Source: Mesotaenium endlicherianum
Lineage: Eukaryota
Length of the DNA: 64,000 nt
NCBI GenBank assembly: GCA_009602735.1
Contig: WELA01003597.1
Coordinates: 403,265 to 467,264, forward strand
Reading direction: 5' to 3'
In this document: in pieces, positions 24,898-37,000 of the stretch
How positions within the stretch are numbered: the stretch's first letter is position 1
Layout: every line of letters begins with the position of its first letter
Program-made: the position numbers and the translations under genes
Notes under the pieces: generated by a model
The model's database searches: none
The model's input: only the letters and a program-made list of their open reading frames with translations
Told to the model about the DNA's origin: nothing

Positions 24898-26581
24898 CTC
24901 ACTCTTACGCCGGTTCTCACATTCGCCGATCCGGCCTTACGAGGTAGTTGCGGATGCGTCCGGTGTAGGAATAGGGACTATCTTACTGCAAGCAAGCAAA
25001 CCTATCAGTTTCGACTCTTGAGAGTCGAAAGGAAACTACTGCCAAACAAAACTACTCAATTACAGAGCAGGTTCTCTGCGCAATTATATAAAATTTGGCG
25101 ATGTTATTTGGAAGGCTGCAAGGGTCCGTCAGTGGTTACGGATGACTGCCCAAATACCTTCTTCCAAATTTAGCCAACGCTGTCAAGGCGGCAAACAAGA
25201 TGGTTTGAGTTCTTACAACAATTCTACTTATTCGGCATATCGCCCTAACTGCAACAATGTTGCGGACCCTCTAAGTCAAACTCCTCAGGGTGTCTTGCTC
25301 TTGGGGACTGTTGCGAGCTTGCAAGAACAAAATGGTCAGGATTCAAGGGCTGCCACTCTTGGTTCTGCTGTACCCCTCTAGACGACTGTTGCAACAACGC
25401 CTGGTGACGCAGGCACTCCCTTTTTGGGTAGCATGCATACCTCGTAATCACTTGACCTGCATCGACTATTTCACGAGGGCTATCTCAAAGATTTTTTTTT
25501 CCTAATTCGTCTGAGTACTTGCTTGAACGGCGCAGCTGTAACGATGGACTGTCTGGACAAAAGGAAAAATGCTCAAACTATACATTTGAGTCGAGTTTTT
25601 GGTGGCACAGTTTCGACGCATTGTGGTCCCAGAAGGCTGAGTAAGAGATGGGCTACGACGGAAGCGCATGACTCTCCTTAATCGGGACATCATGGATTTA
25701 CCAAAACCTTTCACACGGTGCACCGAGGGTACACGTGGCCCTTCCTCAAGGTTGTTGTTGCCGAGTACATCATTTAATTGTGCGACTTGTCAGAGGAATA
25801 TGCTGGGCAATGCTTGTAAGGTCATAAGTTTATAAAGTGCATTTTTGAGTTTCATGAAAGTGTGTTTTGATTGTATAGTAGTATAGAGTGCATTTTTGTG
25901 GTCATTTTGATATAAAGTTCATCAAATTTGGTCAAGTATTGAGAGAGTTACGGATTTCGGAAGTTTAATTAGTTTTGAGGTTGGTTGACGACTGTCCTTA
26001 ATTCGCGGTGAGCGCGACCGTCGGATTGACCGACAGCGTCGAGCGATCTGGCCCGTTAGTTTGAACTCGAATCTTCACGTAAGTTCGGCTGACGCGGAGT
26101 GCCGACTAGGACGATTGACCTAGAAGTTTCGGTTTGGCCTAGCGCGTCTAAGATAGAATATTCTAGTAATGTCGATGCATGTATGTGGACGTCAATTCGG
26201 CCCGGCACGTCAGATTAGACTGACCTGGCTTACTCACGAATATTCTGGAAGGGACGATTTGACGAACACTTAGGAAAATCCGTAGCTTCCTCCTAGAGAG
26301 GAGCACTTAGGCAGAAGATTATAAATAGGCATAACTTCTTTGTTTCTTATCAGTTTTCATTTCTATAAATTTCTACGGGTTTGTAATAACAAGGCCTTTC
26401 ATCCTAGTTCATTTGTGAGCAGTTTCTTGACACTCAAAATGTCAAGTAATTTTCCAAAGCTTTCTTAGCAATATGCCGCTGCACTCTTTAGTATGATTGC
26501 AACTAGTTTCTTTCCTCGTGAGTCACTACGCTTCCACTAGGGCACTCTGCCCCTTTCATCTAATATCGGAGCTGGGCTAGT

Positions 26582-27439
26582 TTGCATATTATATTATGGA
26601 GTCGCAGCCGGCAGCTGGCAGCTGGAGGAGGCAAACATGTCGAGCATGTTGAGCGCGCGGGGCAACAGGCAGCACCAACGATGATTAGAGAGCAACAAGA
26701 GATGCAGGCGATGCTCAGGCAAATGGCAAATGCAATTGGAGGAGAGCGTGGATTGCCGCCTGTTCATCAATGGATTTTTGGAGTGAAGAAGTTTATGGAG
26801 TATTTTGCGTTCACGCCCGACAGGCAAGTTGCCTTTGTAATAATTTTGCTGCAGAAGAGTGCTGGAGCTTGGTATGAACGGATAGAGCAGCTGTTTGGAG
26901 TTCCTGCTACTGTTGATCAGCTCTTTGAAGGCTTGAGGAGGCAATTTCAACCTATTGCACCCGAGGCTACTGCTCGAGATCTATTGGTGCGCCTTCGTCA
27001 ACAAGGAAGCGTTCAGAAGTATGTATCGCGCTTCAACAAGCTGGTGCTTCAATGTCCATCCATGCACGAGTCGGAGATGATGGACAAGTTCAAGAGGGGA
27101 CTCAAGCCAACTGTGGCCAAGGAAGTGGCGCTCAAGGACCCTACCAGTCTTGGTGAAATGATGGCATTGGCAACAAGGGTTGACGCTGTGGAGTATAGTC
27201 AGAGGCAGTGGGGCAGCCACAACTTTGGAGGATATCGACACTTTGGATCTCAAGCGCCAAGCACGAGTGTTCAAGGTCCAGTACCTATGGAGTTGGGACT
27301 TGCTCAAAACCAACGCAGGCAACAGAATTACAAGCCGAGAGGACCCTGCTATAATTGTGGCAAGCTTGGACATCTGGCTCGAGACTGTTATGTGAAGGCG
27401 AAGCAACCTCAACAGCAGGAAAAAGGAGGACGTCAGTAA
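26582..27439 (+). CDS. gag of element B (start uncertain)
   Basis: Retrotransposon gag core (LRQQGSVQKYVSRF, KFKRGLKP), GPVPMELG and zinc knuckle CYNCGKLGHLARDC. Confidence 0.88.
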   Translation: MHIILWSRSRQLAAGGGKHVEHVERAGQQAAPTMIREQQEMQAMLRQMANAIGGERGLPPVHQWIFGVKKFMEYFAFTPDRQVAFVIILLQKSAGAWYERIEQLFGVPATVDQLFEGLRRQFQPIAPEATARDLLVRLRQQGSVQKYVSRFNKLVLQCPSMHESEMMDKFKRGLKPTVAKEVALKDPTSLGEMMALATRVDAVEYSQRQWGSHNFGGYRHFGSQAPSTSVQGPVPMELGLAQNQRRQQNYKPRGPCYNCGKLGHLARDCYVKAKQPQQQEKGGRQ

Positions 27440-29164
27440 GTCCTTCTGGAGTGTCTACTGGCGTGAAGACAAGAACTCACAAGGAGGTTATCCCCAGGAG
27501 CCTGCCGAGAAGCGAAAGACGAGATGTTGACAAGCCTATCATCGTGGAAGGAGTGGTTGACGGCAACAAGGCGAAGTGTATAGTCGACAGTGGCGCAAGT
27601 GCAAACTTTGTGCACAAGAAGCTGGTGAAAGAGTGGCGAATCCCTGTGCAGAAGCATTATGAGCCTAAGGAGGCAATTTTGGCGAATGGGCAGAGACTCA
27701 AGTGTGGTGCACCTACGGAAGCTATTCACGTGGAAGTAGCGGAGCACCAGAGTACTGAAGTTATGGAGCAGGCAGAGTTAGGTCACCATGAGGTGATATT
27801 GGGCCGACCATGGCTGAGAAAAGCCAACCCTCAAGTGCACTAGAGCACAGGACAAGTGAAAGTCCAAGGGCGTGATGGTCGAATGGAGACAGCGAAACAG
27901 GTGGAGGTAGATACAACCACAAGTAACTGTCTTCTGCCGAGCCTGCAAGTGAAGAAGCTATGCAGGGCAAATCAGGTGAAGGAGATGTACCTTGTTTCGG
28001 TGGCCCTGGCCAGATCATCACATGGAGCAAGCGTGAATCCTAACAGCCTAGGTGAATGTACATCGTCGGAGGAGCAAGTAGTGGTGTCTGATCCCCTTGC
28101 TCAGAAGGAGCAGAGCCCAAATGCTCAAGAGAAGAAGCCTGCTGAGATGCCTGCCCAAATTAAGGCGCTGTTGGAGGAGTTCATGTGCGTGTTTCCTGAG
28201 GAGCTACCTGCAGGATTACCTCCACAGAGAGCTATGGAGCACAAAATCAAGTTGGAACCAGGGAGCAAGCCACCAGTGAGACCCCCCTATTGTCAATCAT
28301 TTGCGGAGTTGGACGAGTTGAAGAAGCAGCTGACAGAGTTGTTGGAGAAGGGATTCATCCGACTCAGCGAGTCTCCATTTGCAGCGCCAGTCTTATTTGT
28401 GAAGAAGAAGGATGGGACTATGAGGATGTGTGTCGACTACCGGGCACTCAACAAGGTCACCATCAAGAACAGGTATCCGCTTCCACGAGTGGACGAGTTG
28501 ATTGACAGGCTTGTCGGGGCAAATTATTTCTCGAAGATCGATTTGAGAAGTGGCTATCACCAGGTACGGATTGCGGAAGGAGACGTTCAGGAGACTGCTT
28601 TCAGAACTCGCTATGGTTTATTCGTGTAGTGATTTGAGTTATTATATATTAGTATGCATATATTTTAATGTTTTCAAATATATTTGGAGTAGTATTGTGT
28701 GGAGTCAAGTGTGAATAGGTACTCTAGTAACTTGGTTCATGTCCTTTGAACCTTCCAAGGCATTTTCGAAGTTAGAGGAAAGACCTAGAAGAACTCCATG
28801 TGGCAAAAGTCAGATGTGCCATTTTTAGGTCAAAAGGACATGTGTACATTATTCTAGAAAGAGGTGGCAAGTTTTGGGATGTGTTGGGTGCCAACACATC
28901 AACATACACCTTCCTAGAAATTACTTATGTAGCAAGTATATAAACAAGAGCTAGAACATAGAAAGACATTCCAGAATCACTCTTGTACTTGCCAAAATCC
29001 AGAAATATATTAACTTTCAAGAAGCCATCTCTCTTTCAAGAAGCTACCACTTGTGTTCAAAGATCCTTGTCTTGAATAGATAAAGTATTCTGTTTTACTA
29101 AGTACTTTATCTATCTGTTTCACTACAGTGGTATCGGAGCTAGGCACTTTGGTAGCACAAGAAG

Positions 29165-30445
29165 ATGGCCGATCCTCAAGACCAACAGCAAGCTTTCGAA
29201 GGAAGCCCTTCCTCTCCAAGACACCCTCCTCCAGCGCCGATGGGAGAGCCCACTCAAGAAAATCTGCAACAACAAGAAGCACCACAAGGAGGAGCACACC
29301 CTCCTCCAGCGTCGATGGGAGAGCCTACTCAAGGAAATCTGCAACAACAAGAAGCACCACAAGGAGGAGCACCGTCAAATCCCGTGGCAGCCGCTATAGC
29401 AAAGTTGACCCCACCACAAGGAGTTCCCGCAAATGAGTGGGCAGCCTTCCTAATGACCGTCCACAACCAAGTGGGCTTGGCCACCTATGAAGCAACCGTG
29501 CAAGCGTCAAGAGAAGCTATGGCTGCCATGGTTGCCCCTATTGCGAGCAATGCTCAAAATCCAGCCCCGGCTCAAGCGCCTCCACAAGAGCCAACGAGAG
29601 CAAGGAAACTCATCAAGCCCGGCAAACCCGACACTTTCAACCCCGGGAAAGGTGCCAACCTGAATTTATGGCTCTACCAAGTGGAGACGTACCTCGCATT
29701 CCTTGAAGTACCCGAGGAGGACTACGTTCCCTTTGCCGTTACCTTACTTAGAGGAGCAGCAACATCATGGTGGCGTAACTATCAAGCGGCTATATATCAA
29801 GCTATGGCGCACCCCATGCTCGGCCAAGAGCCCCCACCATCATATGCAAGATGGGCAGATTTTCGTGAGGCCCTCAAGAAGCAATTCATGCCCATCAATG
29901 CGGAGAAGATTGCCCGAGGAAAGCTCCACCATCTCAAGCAAACGACGTCCGTTCAAGAGTATACATCCAGATTTCACGCCCTCACTCTTGAGATCCCCAA
30001 CATGTCTCTCGAGGAGAAGATTGACCGTTACATCTTTGGCCTCAAACCCAAGGTGGCAAAGGAAGTGGAGTTACGCGACTTGACGGACTTCTCAAAGATC
30101 ATTGAAGTGGCCCAAAAGGTGGATACCTTGGATTTCAAGCACTCCGTGCCTTCATCTTCACGGGTACCGACGACGCGGGTGTACGCAGCCCCTTCCACAT
30201 CCGAATCTGGACCCACACCCATGGAAATCGGAGTTATTAAAAGGGACCCCGCGGCTGCCCGGAAGAGTGGAAGACCCTCCAATGACACTTATGATGCAAG
30301 AAACCAGCAAGGAGTGAAAGCAAGACTCTCCCCGGCTGAAAAAGAAGCTCTCATGACGGCTGGACTATGCTTCTATTGCAAGGAAAAGGGCCATCGTGCA
30401 CTTTCATGCCCCAAAAAGTTGTCAAAAAACGGACAGCGCCGGTAG
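29165..30445 (+). CDS. Gag of element C (426 aa)
   Basis: Uninterrupted ORF with [28 protein letters not shown] and [14 protein letters not shown]. Confidence 0.95.
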   Translation: MADPQDQQQAFEGSPSSPRHPPPAPMGEPTQENLQQQEAPQGGAHPPPASMGEPTQGNLQQQEAPQGGAPSNPVAAAIAKLTPPQGVPANEWAAFLMTVHNQVGLATYEATVQASREAMAAMVAPIASNAQNPAPAQAPPQEPTRARKLIKPGKPDTFNPGKGANLNLWLYQVETYLAFLEVPEEDYVPFAVTLLRGAATSWWRNYQAAIYQAMAHPMLGQEPPPSYARWADFREALKKQFMPINAEKIARGKLHHLKQTTSVQEYTSRFHALTLEIPNMSLEEKIDRYIFGLKPKVAKEVELRDLTDFSKIIEVAQKVDTLDFKHSVPSSSRVPTTRVYAAPSTSESGPTPMEIGVIKRDPAAARKSGRPSNDTYDARNQQGVKARLSPAEKEALMTAGLCFYCKEKGHRALSCPKKLSKNGQRR

Positions 30446-33400
30446 GCCAGGAGCCTACCACCCCAAGACCCACTTCACGAGAAGGCAACACGCCAAGTGA
30501 GGTGGAGACCCCCGTTGAAGACGACGTTCCAGCCCCAATGAGTTTGAGAGGTTACCTTGGAGGAGAGAAGGTCCACATCTTGGTGGATAGCGGAGCTCAA
30601 GGCAACTTCATTGCTGCAGATTTTGCCACCAAGCACGGTATTACTATGCGAACTCTTGACCACGACGAGGAGATTATGATGCCCGATGGATTCTCCTATA
30701 CTACCCCTTCCAAGAAGACGTACCCCTTGGCACTCTCTATCAAGTCCTTCAAGGATAGAGTAGTGTTCTCCCCCATGCAATTGGGCAAGTACGACGTCAT
30801 CCTAGGGACGCCTTGGTTGACCAAGCACAACCCCCAAGTTGATTGGAGGACCGGTACTATCAAGATCAAGAATGACATCACTTCAAGAATCTGTATTTTG
30901 CGCGCAATCCAGAATATCCAGACCCAAGACATCCAGAAGCCGGCACACGAGATACTATTGTCCGCCCTCCAACTCAAGAGACTTGTGAGGAAGGGACACG
31001 AGCTTCTTTTGGCCTTGATCACGCCAAAAGACATCAAGAAAGACATCGAGAGTCAAGAAGGCAGCCCCGTTCCCAAGGAGATACAAGAAGTCTTAGAGGA
31101 CTACAAAGAAGTGTTCTCCCCGGAATTGCCCAAGGGCCTACCCCCCAAAAGATTCGTAGACCACAAGATAGAGTTGGAGCCCGGAAGCAAGCCCATCTCT
31201 CGGCCTACGTTCAAAATGTCATACACGGAGCTAGACGAAGTCAAGAAGCAAATCAAGGAGCTACTGGAGCATGGCTTCATTCGACCTAGCAAGTCGCCAT
31301 TTGGAGCCCCGGTGCTATTTGTCAAGAAGAAAGATGGTACCTTGAGGATGTGTGTGGACTATCGCGCCCTCAACAAGATCACCATCAAGAATCGATACCC
31401 GCTGCCGCGCATGGATGAGCTCATGGACCGGCTGGTTGGAGCCAAGTACTTCACGAAGATTGACTTACGGAGCGGCTACCACCAGATTCGCATCGCAGAA
31501 CCGGACATAGAGAAGACGGCATTCAGGACAAGATATGGACATTTTGAGTTCATGGTCCTGCCATTTGGACTCACCAACGCGCCAGCAACTTTCATGACTA
31601 TGATGAACACCATATTTCAGCCCATGTTGGACAGATTTGTGGTGGTATTCATCGATGACATCCTTATCTACAGCAAGACCCTTGAAGAGCATGCGAGACA
31701 CTTGAAAGAAGTCCTTGAAGTATTGAAGCAAAACAAGCTGTTTGCGAAGGAGTCAAAATGCGAGTTTGCCAAACAAGAAGTGGAGTTCCTAGGTCTCCAC
31801 GTGACTGCTGATGGCATCAAGATAGACCCCAAGAAGACCACGGTGGTGGAGGAATGGCCAACCCCCACGACCAAGAAAGAACTCCAGTCATTCTTGGGAT
31901 TTGCCAATTGGTACAGAAAATTCATCCAAGGCTTCTCGCACATAGCAGCCCCCCTGACAGATCTACTCAAGAAGGACAGGCTATATACATGGACCGAGAA
32001 AGAGGAAGAGGCATTTCAAGAGTTAAAGCGAAGATTGACCACATCCCCGGTGCTCACACTCCCAAGTCCAAACCCAGATTGGCCCTTCCACGTCATCACC
32101 GATGCATCTTCCTATGCAATAGGAGCAATCCTGCTTCAAGACCAAGGCAAGGGACTGCAGCCCATCGCCTACGAGTCAAGGAAGCTAAATCCAGCCGAGC
32201 AAAATTATACAACCACGGAGCGAGAGGCATTGGCGATTGTACATGCCTTGAAGGTTTGGCGCTGCTACGTTGAAGGACGCAAAGTACTGGTCACCACGGA
32301 CCACGAGGCGTTAAAGCACCTCCAAACGCAGCCGTATCTCTCAAGGAGACAAGCAAGATGGAGCGGATACTTGCAACAATACAACATCACGATTCAGTAC
32401 CAGCCCGGCAAGACAAACCCGGCTGACCCCCTCTCAAGACTGCAATTAAATGCAGTGATGGTATCCCTGAAGACAGATCTGGAAGCTCGATTTTCAGCCG
32501 CCTATGAAAGAGACCCTTACTACAAGAACGGAGAAGCAGCCTTGGACCCATGCAAGAAGCAAGAAGGCAATTATTGGGTGAGGCAAGATACGGGCCAGAG
32601 ATGTGTTCCTAATGACTTAGACCTCCGGCTCTTGCTTCTACGAGAAGCACACGACAACCCTCTTGGAGGACACTTTGGAATCCTAAGGACCACGGGCGTT
32701 CTAGCTAGGACTTATTGTTGGCCAGGCATGTCTAAGCAAGTCAAGGAGTACTGCAGGAGCTGTGACACATGCCAAAGAATCAAGCCATCATCGCAAAAGG
32801 CGGGAGGACTCCTCCAACCACTACCAATCCCCGAAAGACAATGGACGGACATCTCAATGGACCTTATCGTGGACTTGCCCGTGACACCTCGAGGCCATAA
32901 TGCAATACTCACGGCGGTGGACAGACTTACCAAGATGGCTCATTTTATTCCCACGACGACTAAGGCTACAGCACCACAACTTGCAAGACTCATCTTTGAC
33001 AACATCTTCCGACTCCATGGACTACCATCAAGAATTGTGTCAGATAGAGATCCAAGATTCACAAGCCATTTCTGGAAAAATCTCTTCAAGAACTTGGGTA
33101 CATCGCTGGATATGTCTACTGCCTACCACCCACAATCAGATGGGCAAACCGAGCGTATGAATCGTACCCTAAAGACCTCTCTAAAGGCCTACGTGTCTAC
33201 CCTCGAGCAAGACTGGGACATGTACTTGACCCCCCTCGAGTTTGCCTACAACAACACTACGCAGGCCTCTACCCAAGAGTCCCCATTCTTCCTCAACTAT
33301 GGCTTCCATCCGACCACGCCACTGAGCTTCACGGCTGGCCATGATGAAGTACCTGCAGCCACAGATTTTATGGAGACATTAGAAGCAGCCCTTACAGCAG

Positions 33401-34032
33401 CGAAGAAAGCTCTACAACACGCGCAAGATGCTCAAGCAAGAGTGGCGAACAGATCCAGAAGAGAAATTACGTACAGAGTGGGTGACAACGTGTTACTATC
33501 ATCCAAGAACATTTCCCTGAACAACAGGCCTGCCGGCAGCAAGTTCTCTCCCAAGTATTTGGGACCCTTCAAGATTATCCAGCAAGTCAACCCCGTTGCT
33601 TTCAAGCTAGAACTTCCCCAGACTATGCACATCGACCCCGTATTCCACGCTTCCCTCTTCAAGCCATATGTGCAACCCGACAACAAGTTCCCAGGACGTG
33701 TGACAACCCCACCAGCCCCAACAATAGTGGATGATCATTTGGAGTACGAAGTGGAAGACATAGTGGCTATGAGAAATTTCAGGAGACAGCAGCAATACTT
33801 GATCAAGTGGAAAGGATATCCAGATTCGGAGAATAGTTGGGTGGCGGCGCACTACCTTGACAAAGTTCAGAGAAAGTTGAAGCGCTTCCATGCCGCCAAC
33901 CCCCATCTTGGACCAGCCCCAAGTCTCTCTACTAGAAGCCCGAAGACTTCAGGGAGGCAGCCTGCCACCATCAAGAAGCAGCAGAAGACCCCTTGGAGGC
34001 AGCCTGCAAGAACAAGAAAGAGGAAAAATTGA
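30424..34032 (+). CDS. Pol of element C (PR-RT-RH-IN-chromodomain), in the -1 frame relative to gag
   Basis: Open frame 30367-34032 with [32 protein letters not shown] core, LGPF and chromodomain [23 protein letters not shown]. Confidence 0.97.
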   Translation, partial: KKRTAPVGQEPTTPRPTSREGNTPSEVETPVEDDVPAPMSLRGYLGGEKVHILVDSGAQGNFIAADFATKHGITMRTLDHDEEIMMPDGFSYTTPSKKTYPLALSIKSFKDRVVFSPMQLGKYDVILGTPWLTKHNPQVDWRTGTIKIKNDITSRICILRAIQNIQTQDIQKPAHEILLSALQLKRLVRKGHELLLALITPKDIKKDIESQEGSPVPKEIQEVLEDYKEVFSPELPKGLPPKRFVDHKIELEPGSKPISRPTFKMSYTELDEVKKQIKELLEHGFIRPSKSPFGAPVLFVKKKDGTLRMCVDYRALNKITIKNRYPLPRMDELMDRLVGAKYFTKIDLRSGYHQIRIAEPDIEKTAFRTRYGHFEFMVLPFGLTNAPATFMTMMNTIFQPMLDRFVVVFIDDILIYSKTLEEHARHLKEVLEVLKQNKLFAKESKCEFAKQEVEFLGLHVTADGIKIDPKKTTVVEEWPTPTTKKELQSFLGFANWYRKFIQGFSHIAAPLTDLLKKDRLYTWTEKEEEAFQELKRRLTTSPVLTLPSPNPDWPFHVITDASSYAIGAILLQDQGKGLQPIAYESRKLNPAEQNYTTTEREALAIVHALKVWRCYVEGRKVLVTTDHEALKHLQTQPYLSRRQARWSGYLQQYNITIQYQPGKTNPADPLSRLQLNAVMVSLKTDLEARFSAAYERDPYYKNGEAALDPCKKQEGNYWVRQDTGQRCVPNDLDLRLLLLREAHDNPLGGHFGILRTTGVLARTYCWPGMSKQVKEYCRSCDTCQRIKPSSQKAGGLLQPLPIPERQWTDISMDLIVDLPVTPRGHNAILTAVDRLTKMAHFIPTTTKATAPQLARLIFDNIFRLHGLPSRIVSDRDPRFTSHFWKNLFKNLGTSLDMSTAYHPQSDGQTERMNRTLKTSLKAYVSTLEQDWDMYLTPLEFAYNNTTQASTQESPFFLNYGFHPTTPLSFTAGHDEVPAATDFMETLEAALTAAKKALQHAQDAQARVANRSRREITYRVGDNVLLSSKNISLNNRPAGSKFSPKYLGPFKIIQQVNPVAFKLELPQTMHIDPVFHASLFKPYVQPDNKFPGRVTTPPAPTIVDDHLEYEVEDIVAMRNFRRQQQYLIKWKGYPDSENSWVAAHYLDKVQRKLKRFHAANPHLGPAPSLSTRSPKTSGRQPATIKKQQKTPWRQPARTRKRKN

Positions 34033-37000
34033 CATTAGACACTCTTCTCTTCTTGCAATTTCTGGACAGAAAACTAAAACTGCTACTGGTAATAGGTCTC
34101 TGCATAATAAATTCTAAAAATTTACCTGGCTGTAGTCCATGAGTAGTCGGTCATTTGGAGTCCAAGTTTGCTCAATTTGGAGCACTGGTGAGAGAGATAT
34201 ATTGCTCTAAGTAGAATGGGGTCAGGCTGCTGGCATTGTTAGGGCAGAATATGCCTTCTGACATTGTGCCTTCCCCTGAACTTGGAATGCTCTGAAACTC
34301 ATGACTCTGGTAGAACATCTTACAGCGCCCAGTTTGAGACTTAGTTTGCAGAATTTGGAGAAGTATAGAAGGACTTATGATTTTCAGAAGTTTCTGCACA
34401 GATTTGGAGGAGTGCCTACTCTCTCAGCTCTCAACGACACTCCAGAAATGAGAATGCTCTCAAATTTGGTGACCCGGTAGAGTTCTCCGACGCGGTCCGT
34501 CTGGCACTCAAATTTTTAGATTTGGAGCAGTTCTGTGGCCGCTATGAATATTTGAGTTCGTGGCAGATTCTGGGCCAACTTGTACAATTTTCTTTATCAT
34601 TAAGGAGTAGGCTAGCCAATAAGGTCACACCACCTACGACCTTGCCTAGTCTACCTTACATGTGTAGCACCTGACTTGGCGCCTTTGACTAGTCCTCTTC
34701 ACATGTGTGGCATCTGACTTGAAACTGTTGACTAGTTTGCTCCACATGTGTAAGACCTGACTTGACGCGCCGAGACGTCGCTTTTTCTATCGGGGGGGTG
34801 ATGTAGTGATTTGAGTTATTATATATTAGTTTGCATATATTTTAATGTTTTCAAATATATTTGGAGTAGTATTGTGTGGAGTCAAGTGTGAATAGGTACT
34901 CTAGTAACTTGGTTCATGTCCTTTGAACCTTCCAAGGCATTTTCGAAGTTAGAGGAAAGACCTAGAAGAACTCCATGTGGCAAAAGTCAAATGTGCCATT
35001 TTTAGGTCAAAAGGACATGTGTACATTATTCTAGAAAGAGGTGGCAAGTTTTGGGATGTGTTGGGTGCCAACACATCAACATACACCTTCCTAGAAATTA
35101 CTTATGTAGCAAGTATATAAACAAGAGCTAGAACATAGAAAGACATTCGAGAATCACTCTTGTACTTGCCAAATTCCAGAAATATATTAACTATCAAGAA
35201 GCCATCTCTCTTTCAAGAAGCTACCACTTGTGTTCAAAGATCCTTGTCTTGAATAGATAAACTATTCTGTTTTACTAAGTACTTTATCTATCTGTTTCAC
35301 TACAATTCGAGTTCACAGTCAGGCCTTTTGGATTGACTAATGCACCTGCTATGTTCATGGGACTCATGAATAGTATCTTCAGACCCTATTTGGACCAGTT
35401 TGTGGTGGTATTTTTGGACGACATCCTGATCTATTCGAAGACCTTGGAAGAGCATGAGGAGCATCTGAGGAAGGTGTTGGAGGTCTTGAGAGATCAGAAG
35501 CTGTATGGAAAGATGAGCAAGTGCGACTTCTGTCTCAAGGAGGTCGAGTTTCTTGGGCACATAGTGGGAGCTGGAAGAGTGAAGGTGGAGCAGAAGAAGG
35601 TGCAAGCAATCAGAGATTGGCCGGTGCTTGCTGATATTCATCAACTCAAGAGCTTCCTCGGCATGGCAGAGTATTATTGACATTTCATTGAAGGATTTGC
35701 CAAGGTGTGTGCACCGCTCACGGACATGTTGAAGAAGCAGGAGAAGTGGCTATGGGGTGACAAGGAGCAGCAAGCATTTGAGAAGATTAAGGAGTTATTG
35801 ACACAGGTACCTGTGTTGGCAATTGCAAGTCCAGAGCTTCCTTTCACCATCATCACGGATGCATCAAATTTCACAGTGGGAGCCATTCTTCTCCAGGACT
35901 AGGGCGAGGGATTGCAGCCTGTGGCATACGAGAGCAGGAAGTTGAGTCCTGCTGAGCAGAATTATGCAGCACACGAGCGGGAGATGTTGGCAATTATCCA
36001 GACTTTGAGGATTTGGCGATGTTATGTGGACGGCCGGAAGGTGTTCATCAAGACCGACCACAAGAGCTTGGAGAAGTTTATGACGCAGCCAACGTTGACA
36101 CCAAGACAGGCAAGGTGGATGGAGTTTCTGCAACAGTTCGACCACAAGATTGAGTACTTACCTGGGAAGATTAACCTTGCAGACGCTTTATCCAGGAGGT
36201 GTGACCTTGCAGCTATCTCGGTCATCAAGGAGAGTTTGGACTTCAAGGAGAAGCTTCAAAAAGGTTATGAGGAGGACCCAGAGTTTGCTGATGGTGGAGC
36301 AGCTGAGTTCAACGCGAGTATGCTGAAGAAGGACGGCATATGGTATTATGGTGATTCCAACAGAGTGGTGGTACCTGACATCAATGAGCTACGAGACTTA
36401 CTGCTTGCGGAGCATCATGATTGCTTATATGCTGAACACTTTGGAAGCGAGAAGACAGCAAGCGTGCTGAAGCGGGAGTACTATTGGAGAAATATGGACA
36501 AGGACATCGAGGAGTGGATCAGGATTTGTGATGCGTGCCAGAGAAACAAGACACCAAATCAAAAGAAGGAAGGTACATTGCAGCCCCTGCCTATTCCAGA
36601 GTATCCTTGGGAGCAGATTGCTATGGACTTTATCACATCCTTACCAGTGAGTAATCAAGAACACGATGCAGTTTGGATGGTGTCTGATCGGCTCAGCAAG
36701 ATGGCTCACTTCATTCCCATGAAGGAGACTTCTACGGCAGCGGATGTGGCACGGCTATTCTTTGATTATATTTTCAGGCTACATGGGTTGTTGAAGGTGA
36801 TTGTTTCAGATCGGGATCCAAGGTTTACTAGCAACACTTGGCGGTCATTGTTTACTTTGATGGGGACCAAGCTGAGTATGAGCACTTCCTGTCATCCTCA
36901 GACAGACGGGCAGAGTGAGAGGCTCAACAGAACTCTGCAAGAGGTGCTCAGGAGTTTCACTATGGAAGACCCTTCAGAGTGGGACAAGAAGCTGCCAGGG

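Larger units (their letters stand above)
28625..35304 (+). mobile_element. Intact Ty3/gypsy chromovirus (element C)
   Basis: 503-bp LTRs 28625-29127 and 34802-35304 (TGTAGTG...CACTACA, about 6 differences by eye); perfect TSD ATTCG; PBS TGGTATCGGAGC at 29129-29140; PPT GGGGGGGTGA; open gag and pol. Confidence 0.98.
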
